A stretch of DNA of 64,000 nt, taken from assembly GCA_963695555.1 (NCBI GenBank), contig CAVOGR010000001.1:896001-960000 (forward strand). The letters are read 5' to 3'. The notes beneath the pieces are model-generated. The model did no database searches, had not been told where the DNA came from, and saw nothing but the letters and a program-made list of their open reading frames with translations. A program made the translations under genes and the position numbers. How positions within the stretch are numbered: position 1 is the stretch's first letter; each line of letters opens with the position of its first letter. Origin of the DNA: an uncultured Gemmatimonadales bacterium. Its GTDB lineage: Bacteria; Gemmatimonadota; Gemmatimonadetes; Gemmatimonadales; GWC2-71-9. Of the stretch, positions 29,501-39,057 are shown piece after piece.

Positions 29501-30053
29501 CGGTCTCCTCGAGCCGCCGCTCGGTGCTGTGTTTTCGGTCGCGATAGAGTCCGATGCCGGCCGCTTCTTCGAACAACGACCGGCGCTCGTCCGCCCGATC
29601 GGAGAGGAGGAGGTCGATCATCTTCGCTTCGATCACGACACCCGCATCGCTCCCCAGGCCCGTGCCGCGGAGCAGGTCGTGAATGTCGCGCAACCGGACG
29701 GGGGTCTTGTTGAGCAAGTACTCGCTCTGCCCCGAGCGCGACAGCCGGCGGGTGATTTGAACCTCCCGGTACGCGATGGGCAGGTCGCCATCCGTGTTGT
29801 CCAAGTACAGCGAGACTTCGGTGACGTTGATCGGCCGGCGTGTCGCGGCACCCTGAAAGATGACGTCTTCCATTTTGGCGCCGCGGAGTAAACGTGCCGA
29901 TTGCGAGCCGAGTACCCAGCGCATGGCGTCCGATACATTCGACTTGCCGCATCCATTGGGGCCGACGATAGCGGTCACCCCGTCCTCGAACGGGAGGGTG
30001 ATCGTGTCGGCAAACGACTTGAAGCCGGAAAGCTCCAGCTTGGTGAGCCTCAT
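26568..30053 (-). CDS. smc: Chromosome segregation protein SMC
   Basis: GFKSF, GPNGCGKSN, coiled coils with hinge, LSSGE signature, DEVDAPLD, ITHN. Confidence 0.95.
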   Translation of the reverse strand: MRLTKLELSGFKSFADTITLPFEDGVTAIVGPNGCGKSNVSDAMRWVLGSQSARLLRGAKMEDVIFQGAATRRPINVTEVSLYLDNTDGDLPIAYREVQITRRLSRSGQSEYLLNKTPVRLRDIHDLLRGTGLGSDAGVVIEAKMIDLLLSDRADERRSLFEEAAGIGLYRDRKHSTERRLEETGIDLQRVEDLIAEVQTQIRSLARQRGKAERHTKLMAEKLAVDVTLARKKLEQLRQAAAGMEARHAELEVLVPEARATLGARERHREACAARRTANETQRTEVARRLTAASVDVGRLDGDLALARERLANAAARRERLEAERADLESRALVAERERETASQHLQEAALEHDRIHGELTTRTSAEDAVRQRLGEQRDNVRQLEERLHQQVQTHRSLEGEHSALEGDLATLREQLSQATTRHSATEAELGTIERRRAEASSEADRRVERAREAASDAERGRHLVAEAREQEALARADRRRAEESLAQITARRQALEELERDRVGLAPGAAALLGARARFGDAVLGPLSDFIRTSQDDAKLAERLLGEWMHAVLIRDAASLPAIQAWHASSKGSTVVLLPADQVPPVPASGQPLDNRLHIEDRAAARWVEAILGGAEVLDDAGEVVRHPTGAIVLSAPAGPTGPLQRRAELDALVQVAAAATLSLTTAESTVAAAVSRITSREAALAQATQTMEEAREEERRGIATREDLIRLAAGLERELATAETELGRVGERLHRAETRLAEIDQELTSGAVGRARLEEDLGAARARLNELETELESAREGRVHWQVQIAHIDARQRASREAAERLARERAEADSSAKALTDELHRIDSDTERLTAQQAEWEEAKAEGRVAVLELETATAEAEATFSGADAELTLAEEALGAARREAEALNEELHALRLEAAEVGAERRRITERVETEWKRPLDTLSEDVELLDLDLETLEAEAERIRETLETIGPVNPLAMEEHAEEVKRFEFLQTQRDDLVSARRSLLQAIREIDTTARTMFLETFHAVQQNFSKVFQTLFGGGECSLSLAELDDPLESEIEIHAAPRGKRTQRIHLLSSGERTLVAVSLLFSIYLTKPSPFCLMDEVDAPLDDANVGRFTRLLDEFKQTSQFIVITHNPRTMQAADAVYGVTMQEPGVSSVVGVRLGEHQAVEAVA

Positions 30054-30117
30054 AGGGGGGGTCCGGTTTCGGTGTCAGCGGACGCACACGGGGAGTGGGC
30101 CGGAGCGGGTCTCGCGG

Positions 30118-31497
30118 TCACGGCGTGCGCGGTTGGTAGATGAAGTACGGGGCACCCAGCTCGCGGCCCACGGAGTCCGCCTCCTCGCGGGTGAGGTACG
30201 GGCCGATGACAACGCGATACCCTTCGTCGCCTTGGCGCGGAGCCATGACGGAGGCGGACAGTCCCGCGGCACTCAACCGAGCGGCGAAATCCTCCGCCCA
30301 CTTGGGGTTCTGCGAGCTGCTCACTTGCAAGTAGATGCGCGGTCTGTCCCCACCCTCATCGGCCTGGTCGTCTTCGGGCGTCTCGTCGGGCCCGCTCGGC
30401 GCTTCGGGAGACCAACCGAGCGGTAGGTAGAAGTCGACGGCCCCATGCGCGATCCTCTGCACCTCCGGGAAGAGTTCGTCGGTCAAGTCGAGCGCCACGA
30501 CGTCGTCGCCCTGCCTGGCCAGCGCGATGTCGCCGATAATAACCGGGAGGTCATCGGCCCAGGCTCCGGCGATCGTTCCCAGGTATTTTCCTGCCGCCAC
30601 GTCCACCAGCCAGATCGAATCGACACCTGCCGGACGCGCCATCAGCCACCCGCCGTAAAGCGACGAGCGGAGAGCCTGCGGAGCACCGGGCAGCGAAATG
30701 CGGCCGATGGTCTTCTCGGCGTCCCGATCGACTTCCACCAGGCGCTTGGCGGAACCGGAGACATAGATCCGGTTTCCCGCAGGCGAAAAGGCAACCGCTC
30801 GAGCGGCGCCCGGGATGTCGATGGTTCGCGGCGGACGGTCATCCTTGGGGTTCAGTACGACGAGCGTGCTGTCCGCCGCGATGGCGAGGAGATCGCCCCA
30901 GGAGCTGACGGCGGTGGGGCCGTCGGGCAGATCGACCACGGAGGGGTCGGTGTCGGGCCGCACGACCGCCAGCCGCTGCGGCGCTCCAGTGAGTACGGCC
31001 ACCACATCGTGTTGCAGGGTTCCGAACAAGCGCTGCGGTGTACCGACCATCTTCCGGCCCCACCGAGACGGCGTGCGGCGGTGGAGTTCGGTGACCGAGC
31101 TGTCGGTCCCAACGGCAAACAGCGTACCGTCGGGTGCCAGGAAGGCGTCGTAGACGTCCTCCACAAACACGCTCACCTTGCCGGTCTCCAGGTCCAGACC
31201 GACAATGTGCTTGTCGCGATCGAGGGCGAACACCAGCCGCTGGTCCAGGTCGGTCCCGATGGGCCGGCGCAAGGCCGGCAGGGCGTCGGGTGTGCGGGCC
31301 CACGGGACCTCGGCCAGCGTGGGGGCCCGGTACAGCGTCGGAACCCCGCCATCGTCGGGCATCCGGAGCAGGGTGGTGCTTGCGGTAACCGGGGTGAGCG
31401 CGGCGAAGTCGCCGAGGGACTGCCCAGGCCGCTCGCCTCCGCATCCGGCGAGGGTCAAGAGCCCGCAGGCGGCGAGCGGAAGAAATCGTGTCGGCAC
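30118..31497 (-). CDS. Lipoprotein with beta-propeller and C-terminal SPOR domain
   Basis: LAGC lipobox; propeller-like repeats; YLQVSS...YRVVIGPY.TREEA SPOR motif; start approximate. Confidence 0.78.
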   Translation of the reverse strand: MPTRFLPLAACGLLTLAGCGGERPGQSLGDFAALTPVTASTTLLRMPDDGGVPTLYRAPTLAEVPWARTPDALPALRRPIGTDLDQRLVFALDRDKHIVGLDLETGKVSVFVEDVYDAFLAPDGTLFAVGTDSSVTELHRRTPSRWGRKMVGTPQRLFGTLQHDVVAVLTGAPQRLAVVRPDTDPSVVDLPDGPTAVSSWGDLLAIAADSTLVVLNPKDDRPPRTIDIPGAARAVAFSPAGNRIYVSGSAKRLVEVDRDAEKTIGRISLPGAPQALRSSLYGGWLMARPAGVDSIWLVDVAAGKYLGTIAGAWADDLPVIIGDIALARQGDDVVALDLTDELFPEVQRIAHGAVDFYLPLGWSPEAPSGPDETPEDDQADEGGDRPRIYLQVSSSQNPKWAEDFAARLSAAGLSASVMAPRQGDEGYRVVIGPYLTREEADSVGRELGAPYFIYQPRTP

Positions 31498-31577
31498 CGG
31501 CAAAAGATAGACGAGAACGCGGGCCACAGCCAGCCCGGACGGTGCCGGACGTGACCCGCGAAACCTGTCGGTTGCGG

Positions 31578-34500
31578 CTAGAAGGCCGGACCCAGGCTCA
31601 AAGTCCAGTAATTCCCGATGTTCCGGTCCAGCGGGAAGTTCCAATCGGCCCGTAGGATCAGGAAGTTGAAGAAGTTCATGCGGAGGGCGAGGCCCGCGGT
31701 GCTCAAGGGAGTTCGGACCCGAATCGGGTCGTCGCCTGCCTCGCGGCGGAACTTGAGAGAGCTGTTCTCGTTCCACGCCAAGCCCACGTCGTAGAACAGG
31801 GCGCCTTCGATGGGTGGCAGACCGCGCGGCACAAAACCCATGTCCGGCGTGAGAATGGGGAACCGGAGCTCGGCGCTGGCCACGGCCAGTTGGGTGCCCA
31901 GCATGCGGTCGAGTTCTGCGCACCCGGTCTCGGCCTGCAAATCGACCAGGGTGTTGCACTCGTTCCGGTAGTAGGAGCCCGACGTGTTGCCCCGCAACAG
32001 ATCCGTCGAGCCCATGAAGACATTGAACCGATCGGCGTCGGGCCCGATGCGGCCGAAGTAGAGCGCGCGGGTGGCGAGCACGAAGGGCCCGGGCAACCGG
32101 TCGTAGCGTCGGTAGTCGAGGGTCCCTTGGGTGAAGTCCCAGCCGCCGATGGTACGGGAAAGTTCCACCCGATACCGCCGGCCCATGAATGGGGCCGTCC
32201 AGCCGAACAGGGTATTGTCGAACACCATGGCTACGCTTGGCTGCACGAAGTTTGTGCTGCCCAAGGATCGTTCCACAATGCGGGGCTCGGCGACGAGCAA
32301 GCCCGTCCGGGGGTCGTATGGCTCCTCGAGTGCCAGGATGTCGTCTTCGATGTTGACCAGCCGCATGCCCAGCTCGATCCGCCGGAAGGTATTGAGCGGG
32401 TAGAACCCCTGCGCAAACGCCTGGCGGACGATGAGCCGCCGGATGTTGGTCACGAACGTGTTGAACCCCGGTGCCGGGTCATTCACCCGCAGCTGATCCA
32501 ATTCCGCGTAGAATACCGGGTCCTGCGATACACCCACTTGCCAGTTCAGCCGCCGGCTCAGGTTGGTGAAGCCCACGAAGACCTGGGCTTCCTTGATCCG
32601 CCCATTCAGGAATGCCGCAATCGCCAGCTGGTGATTGTTGAGCATGTCGGTGAGGACAATCGCGCTCCCGCCATAAAACCCGTTGCCGAACGTGTCTCGG
32701 CTGTAGCCGATCGACGGCCGCGACACGTAGTCCGGGCTGAGCTTGGCGCGGTACTTCCCGACTGAGAATTCGCTCGTGTCCGGCAGGTTGAGGGACACCG
32801 AGTCGAGCAGGGAAGCCACGGAAATCGGTCCGCCGGCGTCCGGGACCGAGTCCACCCCCGCTGCCACCTGGCCCGCGGCACGGAATCCGCGCGGAGTCCG
32901 ATAGATGGTGCCGCCCTCGCGCACCTGGGGCTGAACTTTCGGCGGCGCCTCCAGCACGCCGGGCGGAGCCGCCGCGGAATCCGGTGCGGCGGCAAGCACG
33001 GGCGTTAGTGGTGGAGCGGCCCCCGGCTCGAAGGGGGCGCCCTTCAGCGACCTCGGATTGTCGAGCGTGTACACGTCGAAGTTGTTCTTTTCGTAATACA
33101 CGAACGCGAGGCGATCCGCGTTGGCGGCCCACGAGAGAACCGGCGACTCGGGCGTGATCGACTCGGCCCCGGTGTACAGATCGGTCAGCTTGTAGATGTC
33201 CTGGGCTTCGAAATCATAGAGGAAGATATTCGAAACCCCTGTCCGATCGGACACAAACGCGAGGGAGCGCCCGTCGGGGGCCCACTGCGGGCTCATGTTC
33301 TTTCCCGCATCCATGTGACGCAGCACCTCTTCCGTGCCGCTATCGAGATGGAATAGGGCGATGCGGAAGTTGCCGAAGGCGAGCGTGGCGAAGTCCGTCT
33401 CCGGTCCGCGATCCGTCACGAACGCGATGGTCCTGCCGTCGGGTGACCAAACGGGCTGGAGGTTGGCGTACTTGTCGTCCGTAAGCTTGCGAAAGCCGGT
33501 CCCGTCACGATTCACTAGGTACAGGTCTGAAATGCCGCCGTCATAGCCGGTGAACACCAGCTGCGCCCCGTCGGGGCTCCACGATGGGTTGGTGATGCCG
33601 TTGAGCTCGACCTTGATTCGCCCGACCTCTTTGCCGTTCTCCCCGTTGATGATGACGATGTCGTCCTGGGCCTTGCGGCCGGCCGCGATGGCGAGGAATC
33701 GGCCGTCCGGCGACCAACTCATGCTTGCCTTCAGAAAGCGGAGGGTCCGGAAATTGGGATCGAAGGTGGACTTGACCAGGCGGCGCTTGACCTTGCCGGT
33801 CGTCGCGTCCGCCAGGTACAGATCGATGAAGAAGAAGTCCTTCTCGCTCAGGTACGCGATGGTGGAGCCGTCCGGCCTCAGGGCCGGGGCGATGTGGTAT
33901 CGGCCCTCGGATCGCTCCTCGGTCAAGACGGGCGACGCGACCACCCGGGCCTTGACCCGGTCCTTGATCTCGGGGAGGTACTGCTTTTGGACGTCGTCGC
34001 GCCACTGCTCAATGAGCTGAAGTACCGTCACGCCGAGCACCCGGCGGAACGAGCCCTCGATGCCGCCGGTCACCGTTCCCTGGAGCAGGGCGCCGATGGC
34101 CTCGTCGCCCCACCGCCGCCCAATGTAGGCCATGATCGAGTGGCCATATCGGTAGGGGAACACCCGTTCCAACTGGCGCAGGGTCGGCAAGTCTCCCTCG
34201 AGCGCCGCGTCGCGAATCCACATGGCCGTTTGCGGGGTGATGTCGCCAAGCGAGAGGTACTCGGCCATGCCTTCGGCGAACCACAGCGGTGGGTTGACCC
34301 GCAGAATGGTTGAGAGACCGGAGCCAGCCTTGCCACGGCTCCAGACGTCATATTGGAATTGGTGCACCATTTCGTGCTGGAGCACGTGCTCGAACTCGGA
34401 GTAGGAGCCCGTGAACGGCAAAATGGCGCGATGCTTGAAGAAATCGGTAACGCCGCCCGTGCCCTCCCCAACATTGAGCGTATTGGTCTGCTCGAAATCC

Positions 34501-34775
34501 GCACTCGAGGCGTACAGAATGATCGGCTTCCGCTCCTTGAACTCATGGCTCAGGATGCGGGAGAGACGGGCATAGGCGCGCTCGGCCATCCGGGCGGCGT
34601 CCATGGCCGCCGTCCGCTCCCGCTCGTAGAAGTAGATATCGAAATGCTCGGTCTTGATGACCTGGAAATCGAATTTGGTGTATTGGACCTTGTTCTTCCC
34701 GAAGTATTGGGCAGTGCCCACCCCCGGCAAACCGATGACGCACGCCAATACCAACCATGCTGTCCGTCTCGACAT
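31578..34775 (-). CDS. Omp85/BamA-like outer membrane protein with N-terminal zinc-peptidase-like domain and PD40 propeller
   Basis: Signal peptide, QYFGKNKVQY, HEMVH..WFAEGMAEY, repeated WSPDG, barrel with AELRFP and terminal F. Confidence 0.82.
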   Translation of the reverse strand: MSRRTAWLVLACVIGLPGVGTAQYFGKNKVQYTKFDFQVIKTEHFDIYFYERERTAAMDAARMAERAYARLSRILSHEFKERKPIILYASSADFEQTNTLNVGEGTGGVTDFFKHRAILPFTGSYSEFEHVLQHEMVHQFQYDVWSRGKAGSGLSTILRVNPPLWFAEGMAEYLSLGDITPQTAMWIRDAALEGDLPTLRQLERVFPYRYGHSIMAYIGRRWGDEAIGALLQGTVTGGIEGSFRRVLGVTVLQLIEQWRDDVQKQYLPEIKDRVKARVVASPVLTEERSEGRYHIAPALRPDGSTIAYLSEKDFFFIDLYLADATTGKVKRRLVKSTFDPNFRTLRFLKASMSWSPDGRFLAIAAGRKAQDDIVIINGENGKEVGRIKVELNGITNPSWSPDGAQLVFTGYDGGISDLYLVNRDGTGFRKLTDDKYANLQPVWSPDGRTIAFVTDRGPETDFATLAFGNFRIALFHLDSGTEEVLRHMDAGKNMSPQWAPDGRSLAFVSDRTGVSNIFLYDFEAQDIYKLTDLYTGAESITPESPVLSWAANADRLAFVYYEKNNFDVYTLDNPRSLKGAPFEPGAAPPLTPVLAAAPDSAAAPPGVLEAPPKVQPQVREGGTIYRTPRGFRAAGQVAAGVDSVPDAGGPISVASLLDSVSLNLPDTSEFSVGKYRAKLSPDYVSRPSIGYSRDTFGNGFYGGSAIVLTDMLNNHQLAIAAFLNGRIKEAQVFVGFTNLSRRLNWQVGVSQDPVFYAELDQLRVNDPAPGFNTFVTNIRRLIVRQAFAQGFYPLNTFRRIELGMRLVNIEDDILALEEPYDPRTGLLVAEPRIVERSLGSTNFVQPSVAMVFDNTLFGWTAPFMGRRYRVELSRTIGGWDFTQGTLDYRRYDRLPGPFVLATRALYFGRIGPDADRFNVFMGSTDLLRGNTSGSYYRNECNTLVDLQAETGCAELDRMLGTQLAVASAELRFPILTPDMGFVPRGLPPIEGALFYDVGLAWNENSSLKFRREAGDDPIRVRTPLSTAGLALRMNFFNFLILRADWNFPLDRNIGNYWTLSLGPAF

Positions 34776-34791
34776 GAGCGACCTCAAACCT

Positions 34792-35199
34792 TTAGGAGCT
34801 GGCCAGCAGCTCCGGTGCATCACCCCACAACCGCTCCAGCTGGTAGAACGCGCGGGTCTCGGGATGAAAGACATGAATCACGAAATCCACATAGTCCAAC
34901 AATACCCACCGGCCCCCTCGAACGCCCTCGATGTGGTGGGCCCGGTGCCCGTGATGGCGCAGCCGCTCCTCCAGCACATCGGCGATGCCACGCACGTGGG
35001 CATCAGAGGTCCCAGATGCAATGACGAAGAAGTCGGTGGCATCGCTCACATGTCGGAGGTCGAGGACCACGATTTCCCGCCCCTTGCGGTCCTCGATCTC
35101 CGCAACTGCCAGGGCGATCGGCTCGGGTAGCCGAGCCGATCGCGGGGACCGTTCAGCCGGGGTGCGGGCCGCGGGCTTCCTCGGCGGCGTGCTAGGCAT
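34792..35199 (-). CDS. rsfS: Ribosome silencing factor
   Basis: DRKG, DFFVIASG.S..HV, WVLLDY, R.FYQLERLW. Confidence 0.93.
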   Translation of the reverse strand: MPSTPPRKPAARTPAERSPRSARLPEPIALAVAEIEDRKGREIVVLDLRHVSDATDFFVIASGTSDAHVRGIADVLEERLRHHGHRAHHIEGVRGGRWVLLDYVDFVIHVFHPETRAFYQLERLWGDAPELLASS

Positions 35200-37018
35200 G
35201 CTGCCGGTCCGGGCTCTCGACCTGGTAGAAGACGGCCCAGGCGCCGGGCCCCACGTGGGTGGCCAGGGCGGCGGTTGCGGGGGACACCAGGCAATCGCGA
35301 GGGGCGAACCTGGCCACCAAGGCGTTCCTGACCTCCTCGGCCACCTCGGGCGCGTCCACGTGGACCACGCCGAGCCGGAAGCGCTCCGGCCGGGGGGTCA
35401 GGCGCTGGTCCAGCAAGGCCACCATTTGGGGCAGCACATTGGCCCGACCGCGCACCCGATCGACCGGAATCACGGCGCCGCTCGCGTCGAGGCCCAGAAT
35501 GGGCTTGACGTCCAGCATCCCGGCGAGCCACGCCTTGCCGCGGCTGACCCGGCCCGAGCGAAGCAGGTTGTCGAACCGATCGACCGTCAAGAGGATGCCC
35601 GAGCGGCTTCGGATGCGCTCGAGCTCGGCCACGATCTCGGGGACCGGCCAGCCGGACTCGGCAAGTTCCGCCGCCCGAAGGGCCAACAGGCCAACTCCGA
35701 GCGAGGCCGATCGGCTATCCACCAGATGGATGTCCTCCAGCTTGGCGGCTCGGACCGCGGCCTGGACCGATTGGAACGTTCCCGACAAGGCCGACGAGAG
35801 AAGGACCACGATCACCTCCGCGGCCTCGGATCTCGCGTCCCTCAAGACCTGGACGATCTCGGCAGGGGTGGGTTGGGATGTGGTGGGGATGGTCCGACTG
35901 GTCCTGAGACGACGGAAGAACTCCGCGTGGGTGAGCTCGACCCGATCCCGGAACGTCTCGTCCCCGAACATCACCTGAAGCGGCACCAACGCGATCTGAT
36001 GGCGGTCCAGCAGGGTGTCGGAGAGGTCCGCAGAACTGTCCGCCACCACTGCGACCGCGCGCTGTGTTTCGTGTGACAGGCCACGATGTTGGGCCCGCAT
36101 GTCATCCGCTTTGCGGCTTGTGATCGTGCCCCATTGCGCCACATGGGCATAGACGGCGTCGGGCTCATCGGTGTGGACATGGATCTTGAGCACGTCCATG
36201 GCCTCCGCGACCACGATCGACCCGCCGAACTTGCGGAGCTGGGCGCGGACCTGGTTGGCGGGCGGGAACTCCGTGCCCTCAATCAGCACCTCAGTGCAGA
36301 ACTGATAGTCCCGTTCCGCATCGACCAGGGCGACGGCGGCCGGCACCATGGCCGAGAGCTCTTTTTCCGAAACGCGTTCGACGGGCTGGATCGGTTCTCC
36401 ATCGACCAGGCGCACCATGCCCTCGATCATCCGGACGAATCCCTTGCCGCCGGCGTCCACCACGCCGGCCTCCTTGAGGACCGCCAACAATTCGGGCGTC
36501 GCTGCCAGGGCCTCCTTGCCGCGGGTCAGCATTCTGTAGAGGAAGTGCCTGATGTCCGGCGAGTCGGCCGCCGCCCGCTGCGCCTCCTCGGCGGCTTGGC
36601 GCGCGACAGTGAGAATGGTGCCCTCGCGCGGGTCGTCGATTGAGTTGTCGAGATGCTCGGCGCCGCGTCTGACGGCGTTGGCCAGCTCTCGCACCGTCGC
36701 GCTCGGGAGATGGTCGAGCGCCTCCGCGACACCGAGGAGGAAGTGCGCCAACATCATGCCTGAATTGCCCCGCGCGCCCATCACAGCCGCGCGGGCCATG
36801 GTGCGGGCCGTCTCGTTGAGCGGCGCCTCTCCGAGCGATTCGAGCGCGTCGGCGACCGAGCGGAGCGTCAGACTGAAATTGGTGCCGGTATCGCCGTCAG
36901 GCACCGGAAACACATTGATCCGGTTGATCTCCTCCCGTCCCGCTGCCACCCACTCAGACGCTGCAAAGAGCGAGCGGGCCAGCCGAGGGCCGTCGAGATA
37001 CGCAATACCGACGGTCAC
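35192..37018 (-). CDS. DAK2 (FakA-like) + DegV (FakB-like) fusion
   Basis: INVFPVPDGDTGTN, GARGNSG, VDAGG, KIHVH; then DSSADL, TSQP, SSALSGT, SGR, HVGPG. Confidence 0.9.
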   Translation of the reverse strand: MTVGIAYLDGPRLARSLFAASEWVAAGREEINRINVFPVPDGDTGTNFSLTLRSVADALESLGEAPLNETARTMARAAVMGARGNSGMMLAHFLLGVAEALDHLPSATVRELANAVRRGAEHLDNSIDDPREGTILTVARQAAEEAQRAAADSPDIRHFLYRMLTRGKEALAATPELLAVLKEAGVVDAGGKGFVRMIEGMVRLVDGEPIQPVERVSEKELSAMVPAAVALVDAERDYQFCTEVLIEGTEFPPANQVRAQLRKFGGSIVVAEAMDVLKIHVHTDEPDAVYAHVAQWGTITSRKADDMRAQHRGLSHETQRAVAVVADSSADLSDTLLDRHQIALVPLQVMFGDETFRDRVELTHAEFFRRLRTSRTIPTTSQPTPAEIVQVLRDARSEAAEVIVVLLSSALSGTFQSVQAAVRAAKLEDIHLVDSRSASLGVGLLALRAAELAESGWPVPEIVAELERIRSRSGILLTVDRFDNLLRSGRVSRGKAWLAGMLDVKPILGLDASGAVIPVDRVRGRANVLPQMVALLDQRLTPRPERFRLGVVHVDAPEVAEEVRNALVARFAPRDCLVSPATAALATHVGPGAWAVFYQVESPDRQHA

Positions 37019-37028
37019 GGGTCCAATC

Positions 37029-37475
37029 CTATTCCGGCACCACCGTCACGTGCACGCCGGCCGGCACATCGGGATGGAGCTTGATCGACACCGTGTGATC
37101 CCCCAGCGTCTTGATCGGGTGTTCGAGGTCGACCTTACGCTTATCGATGTCGAATCCCTTGGACGCCAGCGCATCCGCCACATCCTGCGCCGTGATGGAC
37201 CCGAACAGCCGGTCACCCTCGCCCACCTTTCCGGGCAGCGTGAGGGTAATGGCCCGCAAGGACTCAGCCAGGCGCTCGGCGTCGCCCCTCTGGGCGGCGA
37301 GCCGAACACCGAGCGCTCTGGTTTCTGCCGCGATGCGCTTCTTGTTGCCCTCGGTGGCCGAGTAGGCCAGCCCCTTCGGGAGCAGATAATTCCTCGCGTA
37401 GCCCGGTCGGACCCGTACCATCTCTCCCGCACGCCCGAGCGAACTGACGTCTTGACGCAGAATGACTTCGATCAT
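37029..37475 (-). CDS. rplI: 50S ribosomal protein L9
   Basis: EVILRQDV..LG, GYARNYLLPKG, LFGSIT. Confidence 0.95.
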   Translation of the reverse strand: MIEVILRQDVSSLGRAGEMVRVRPGYARNYLLPKGLAYSATEGNKKRIAAETRALGVRLAAQRGDAERLAESLRAITLTLPGKVGEGDRLFGSITAQDVADALASKGFDIDKRKVDLEHPIKTLGDHTVSIKLHPDVPAGVHVTVVPE

Positions 37476-38431
37476 GGAGTTCCTCCTGTGAACAGTCGCT
37501 TGGCGCGCTGTCGAAATCCGATCCAGGTATCGGCTAGGCCCACGAGTACCAGGCTCGCGGCCACGAACGGGAATAGCAAGAGGCCACCAACCAGCGCGAG
37601 CGCTACCAGCTGCCACCCGCGGCGCTCCAGCGCAATTGCCCACACCACGGCAGCCCCACGGATGCCATAGAGCACCGCCAGCACCGCGAGCCCGTTCAGC
37701 GCCAGGGCGGTGTAGGACCGGCCCATGTCGGCAAGGTACACCCCCAGGCCGGCGATGACCGCCCAGGCCAGAAGGTCGCTCACGGTGAAGGCGCGAAACG
37801 GCATCGAGTCCTCGGCCGCCCTGCCCACAATCCGCCGGTGCCACCGCACGGCCAGACTCCCACCGGCGACCGCCATGAGCACCGCCAGGGCAGGGGTGAG
37901 CATGGCCGCCGGCCCTACACCCGCCGCAAACTGATCGAGGGCCCCGGCAACTGCGGAGCCCGCTGGCGCCCCTCGGGTCACTTGGCCCGCGACCATGCGA
38001 TAGGTCTCCCACCCTTTGGCCTCGAGCGCCAGTTCGATCTGCCACCAGCCGATGCCGAGATAGCGGCACCAGACGCCGGTCGCGACCACCGCCCCCGCGG
38101 CTGCCCACAGGGTCTGCGACAGGAGAGACCCTCGCCCCAGGACCACGGCAATGATGAAGGCTCCGGTGAACAGGATCCCACCCGCCCGGAGGCTCTGATC
38201 CGCCAACCCTCCCGGCTCGGCAAACCATACCGCCGCCCAGACCGCGATCGTGGCGAGCCAGAGCCACTGGCGGCGCGAGGTAGGACGGCGAAGAATCAAG
38301 AGGCTAGCGAGCGGTCCGAGAAAGAAGACCACCATCACTGGCCAGCTGAGCAGAACATACCCACCCAGGACGAAGACCTGGCCAAGCTGCAGCCGGGAAG
38401 GTCCGGAATCCGTACGGCCGGCAGAGGTCAG
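37472..38431 (-). CDS. DUF2232/YybS-like multi-TM protein (probable CTG start at 38431; first GTG at 38338)
   Basis: Multiple TM segments, C-terminal [10 protein letters not shown], position between rpsR and rplI. Confidence 0.75.
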   Translation of the reverse strand: MTSAGRTDSGPSRLQLGQVFVLGGYVLLSWPVMVVFFLGPLASLLILRRPTSRRQWLWLATIAVWAAVWFAEPGGLADQSLRAGGILFTGAFIIAVVLGRGSLLSQTLWAAAGAVVATGVWCRYLGIGWWQIELALEAKGWETYRMVAGQVTRGAPAGSAVAGALDQFAAGVGPAAMLTPALAVLMAVAGGSLAVRWHRRIVGRAAEDSMPFRAFTVSDLLAWAVIAGLGVYLADMGRSYTALALNGLAVLAVLYGIRGAAVVWAIALERRGWQLVALALVGGLLLFPFVAASLVLVGLADTWIGFRQRAKRLFTGGTP

Positions 38432-38649
38432 CCGCTATGGCCCTTGATGTAGGGGAGCAATGCCAGTTCGCGGGCCCGCTTGATGGCGGTGCTCAGTTGT
38501 CGCTGATGCCGGGCGCACGTTCCCGAGAGCCTGCTGGGGAGGATCTTCCCCCGCTCCGTCAAGAACCGTGACAGGGTCCGATCGTCCTTGTAGTCGACGA
38601 CCCGCACTCCCGACTCGCAAATGGTACACGTCTTTTGTCGGCGTCTCAT
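38428..38649 (-). CDS. rpsR: 30S ribosomal protein S18 (Zn-binding type)
   Basis: [33 protein letters not shown]. Confidence 0.96.
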   Translation of the reverse strand: MRRRQKTCTICESGVRVVDYKDDRTLSRFLTERGKILPSRLSGTCARHQRQLSTAIKRARELALLPYIKGHSG

Positions 38650-39002
38650 TCGTCACCGTCCTCCGAGGCGCTGGCTTCGTTCGTGGCTGCATCTTGACCC
38701 GGGGCCTCGGGCCGCAGGTTCCCTTCGTTGGCAACCACCATGAACCGGAGCACGCTGTCGTCCAGCTTCACGGCCCGTTCGAACTCGGGCAAGGTCTCGG
38801 GAGGGGTCTCGAAGCGGGCGATCACATAATAGCCAGTTTCGTGATTCTGCAGGGGGTAGGCAAGCGTCCGCTTGCCCCAATGGTCGAGCGCGGGGCTCTC
38901 AGGAAGCCCGAGCACGGTGTGGAACCCTTCCAGGCGTTGGGAAATGGCGGCTTCGTCGAGGGCGGAATCGAAAATGTAGACCGCCTCGTATAGACGGGTC
39001 AT
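38646..39002 (-). CDS. rpsF: 30S ribosomal protein S6
   Basis: [23 protein letters not shown]. Confidence 0.95.
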   Translation of the reverse strand: MTRLYEAVYIFDSALDEAAISQRLEGFHTVLGLPESPALDHWGKRTLAYPLQNHETGYYVIARFETPPETLPEFERAVKLDDSVLRFMVVANEGNLRPEAPGQDAATNEASASEDGDE

Positions 39003-39057
39003 AGCACCTTCCTTTGGTCTCGTCGCCCCGGCTTCAGGTGTTGGCCGAGGAGGGAAT
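39003..39057 (-). promoter_or_regulatory. Possible S6:S18 autoregulatory leader of rpsF
   Basis: TTCCCT-CCTCGGC..loop..GCCGGGG-..GACCAAAGGAAGG-ATG: hairpin plus a pyrimidine tract complementary to the SD. Confidence 0.4.
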
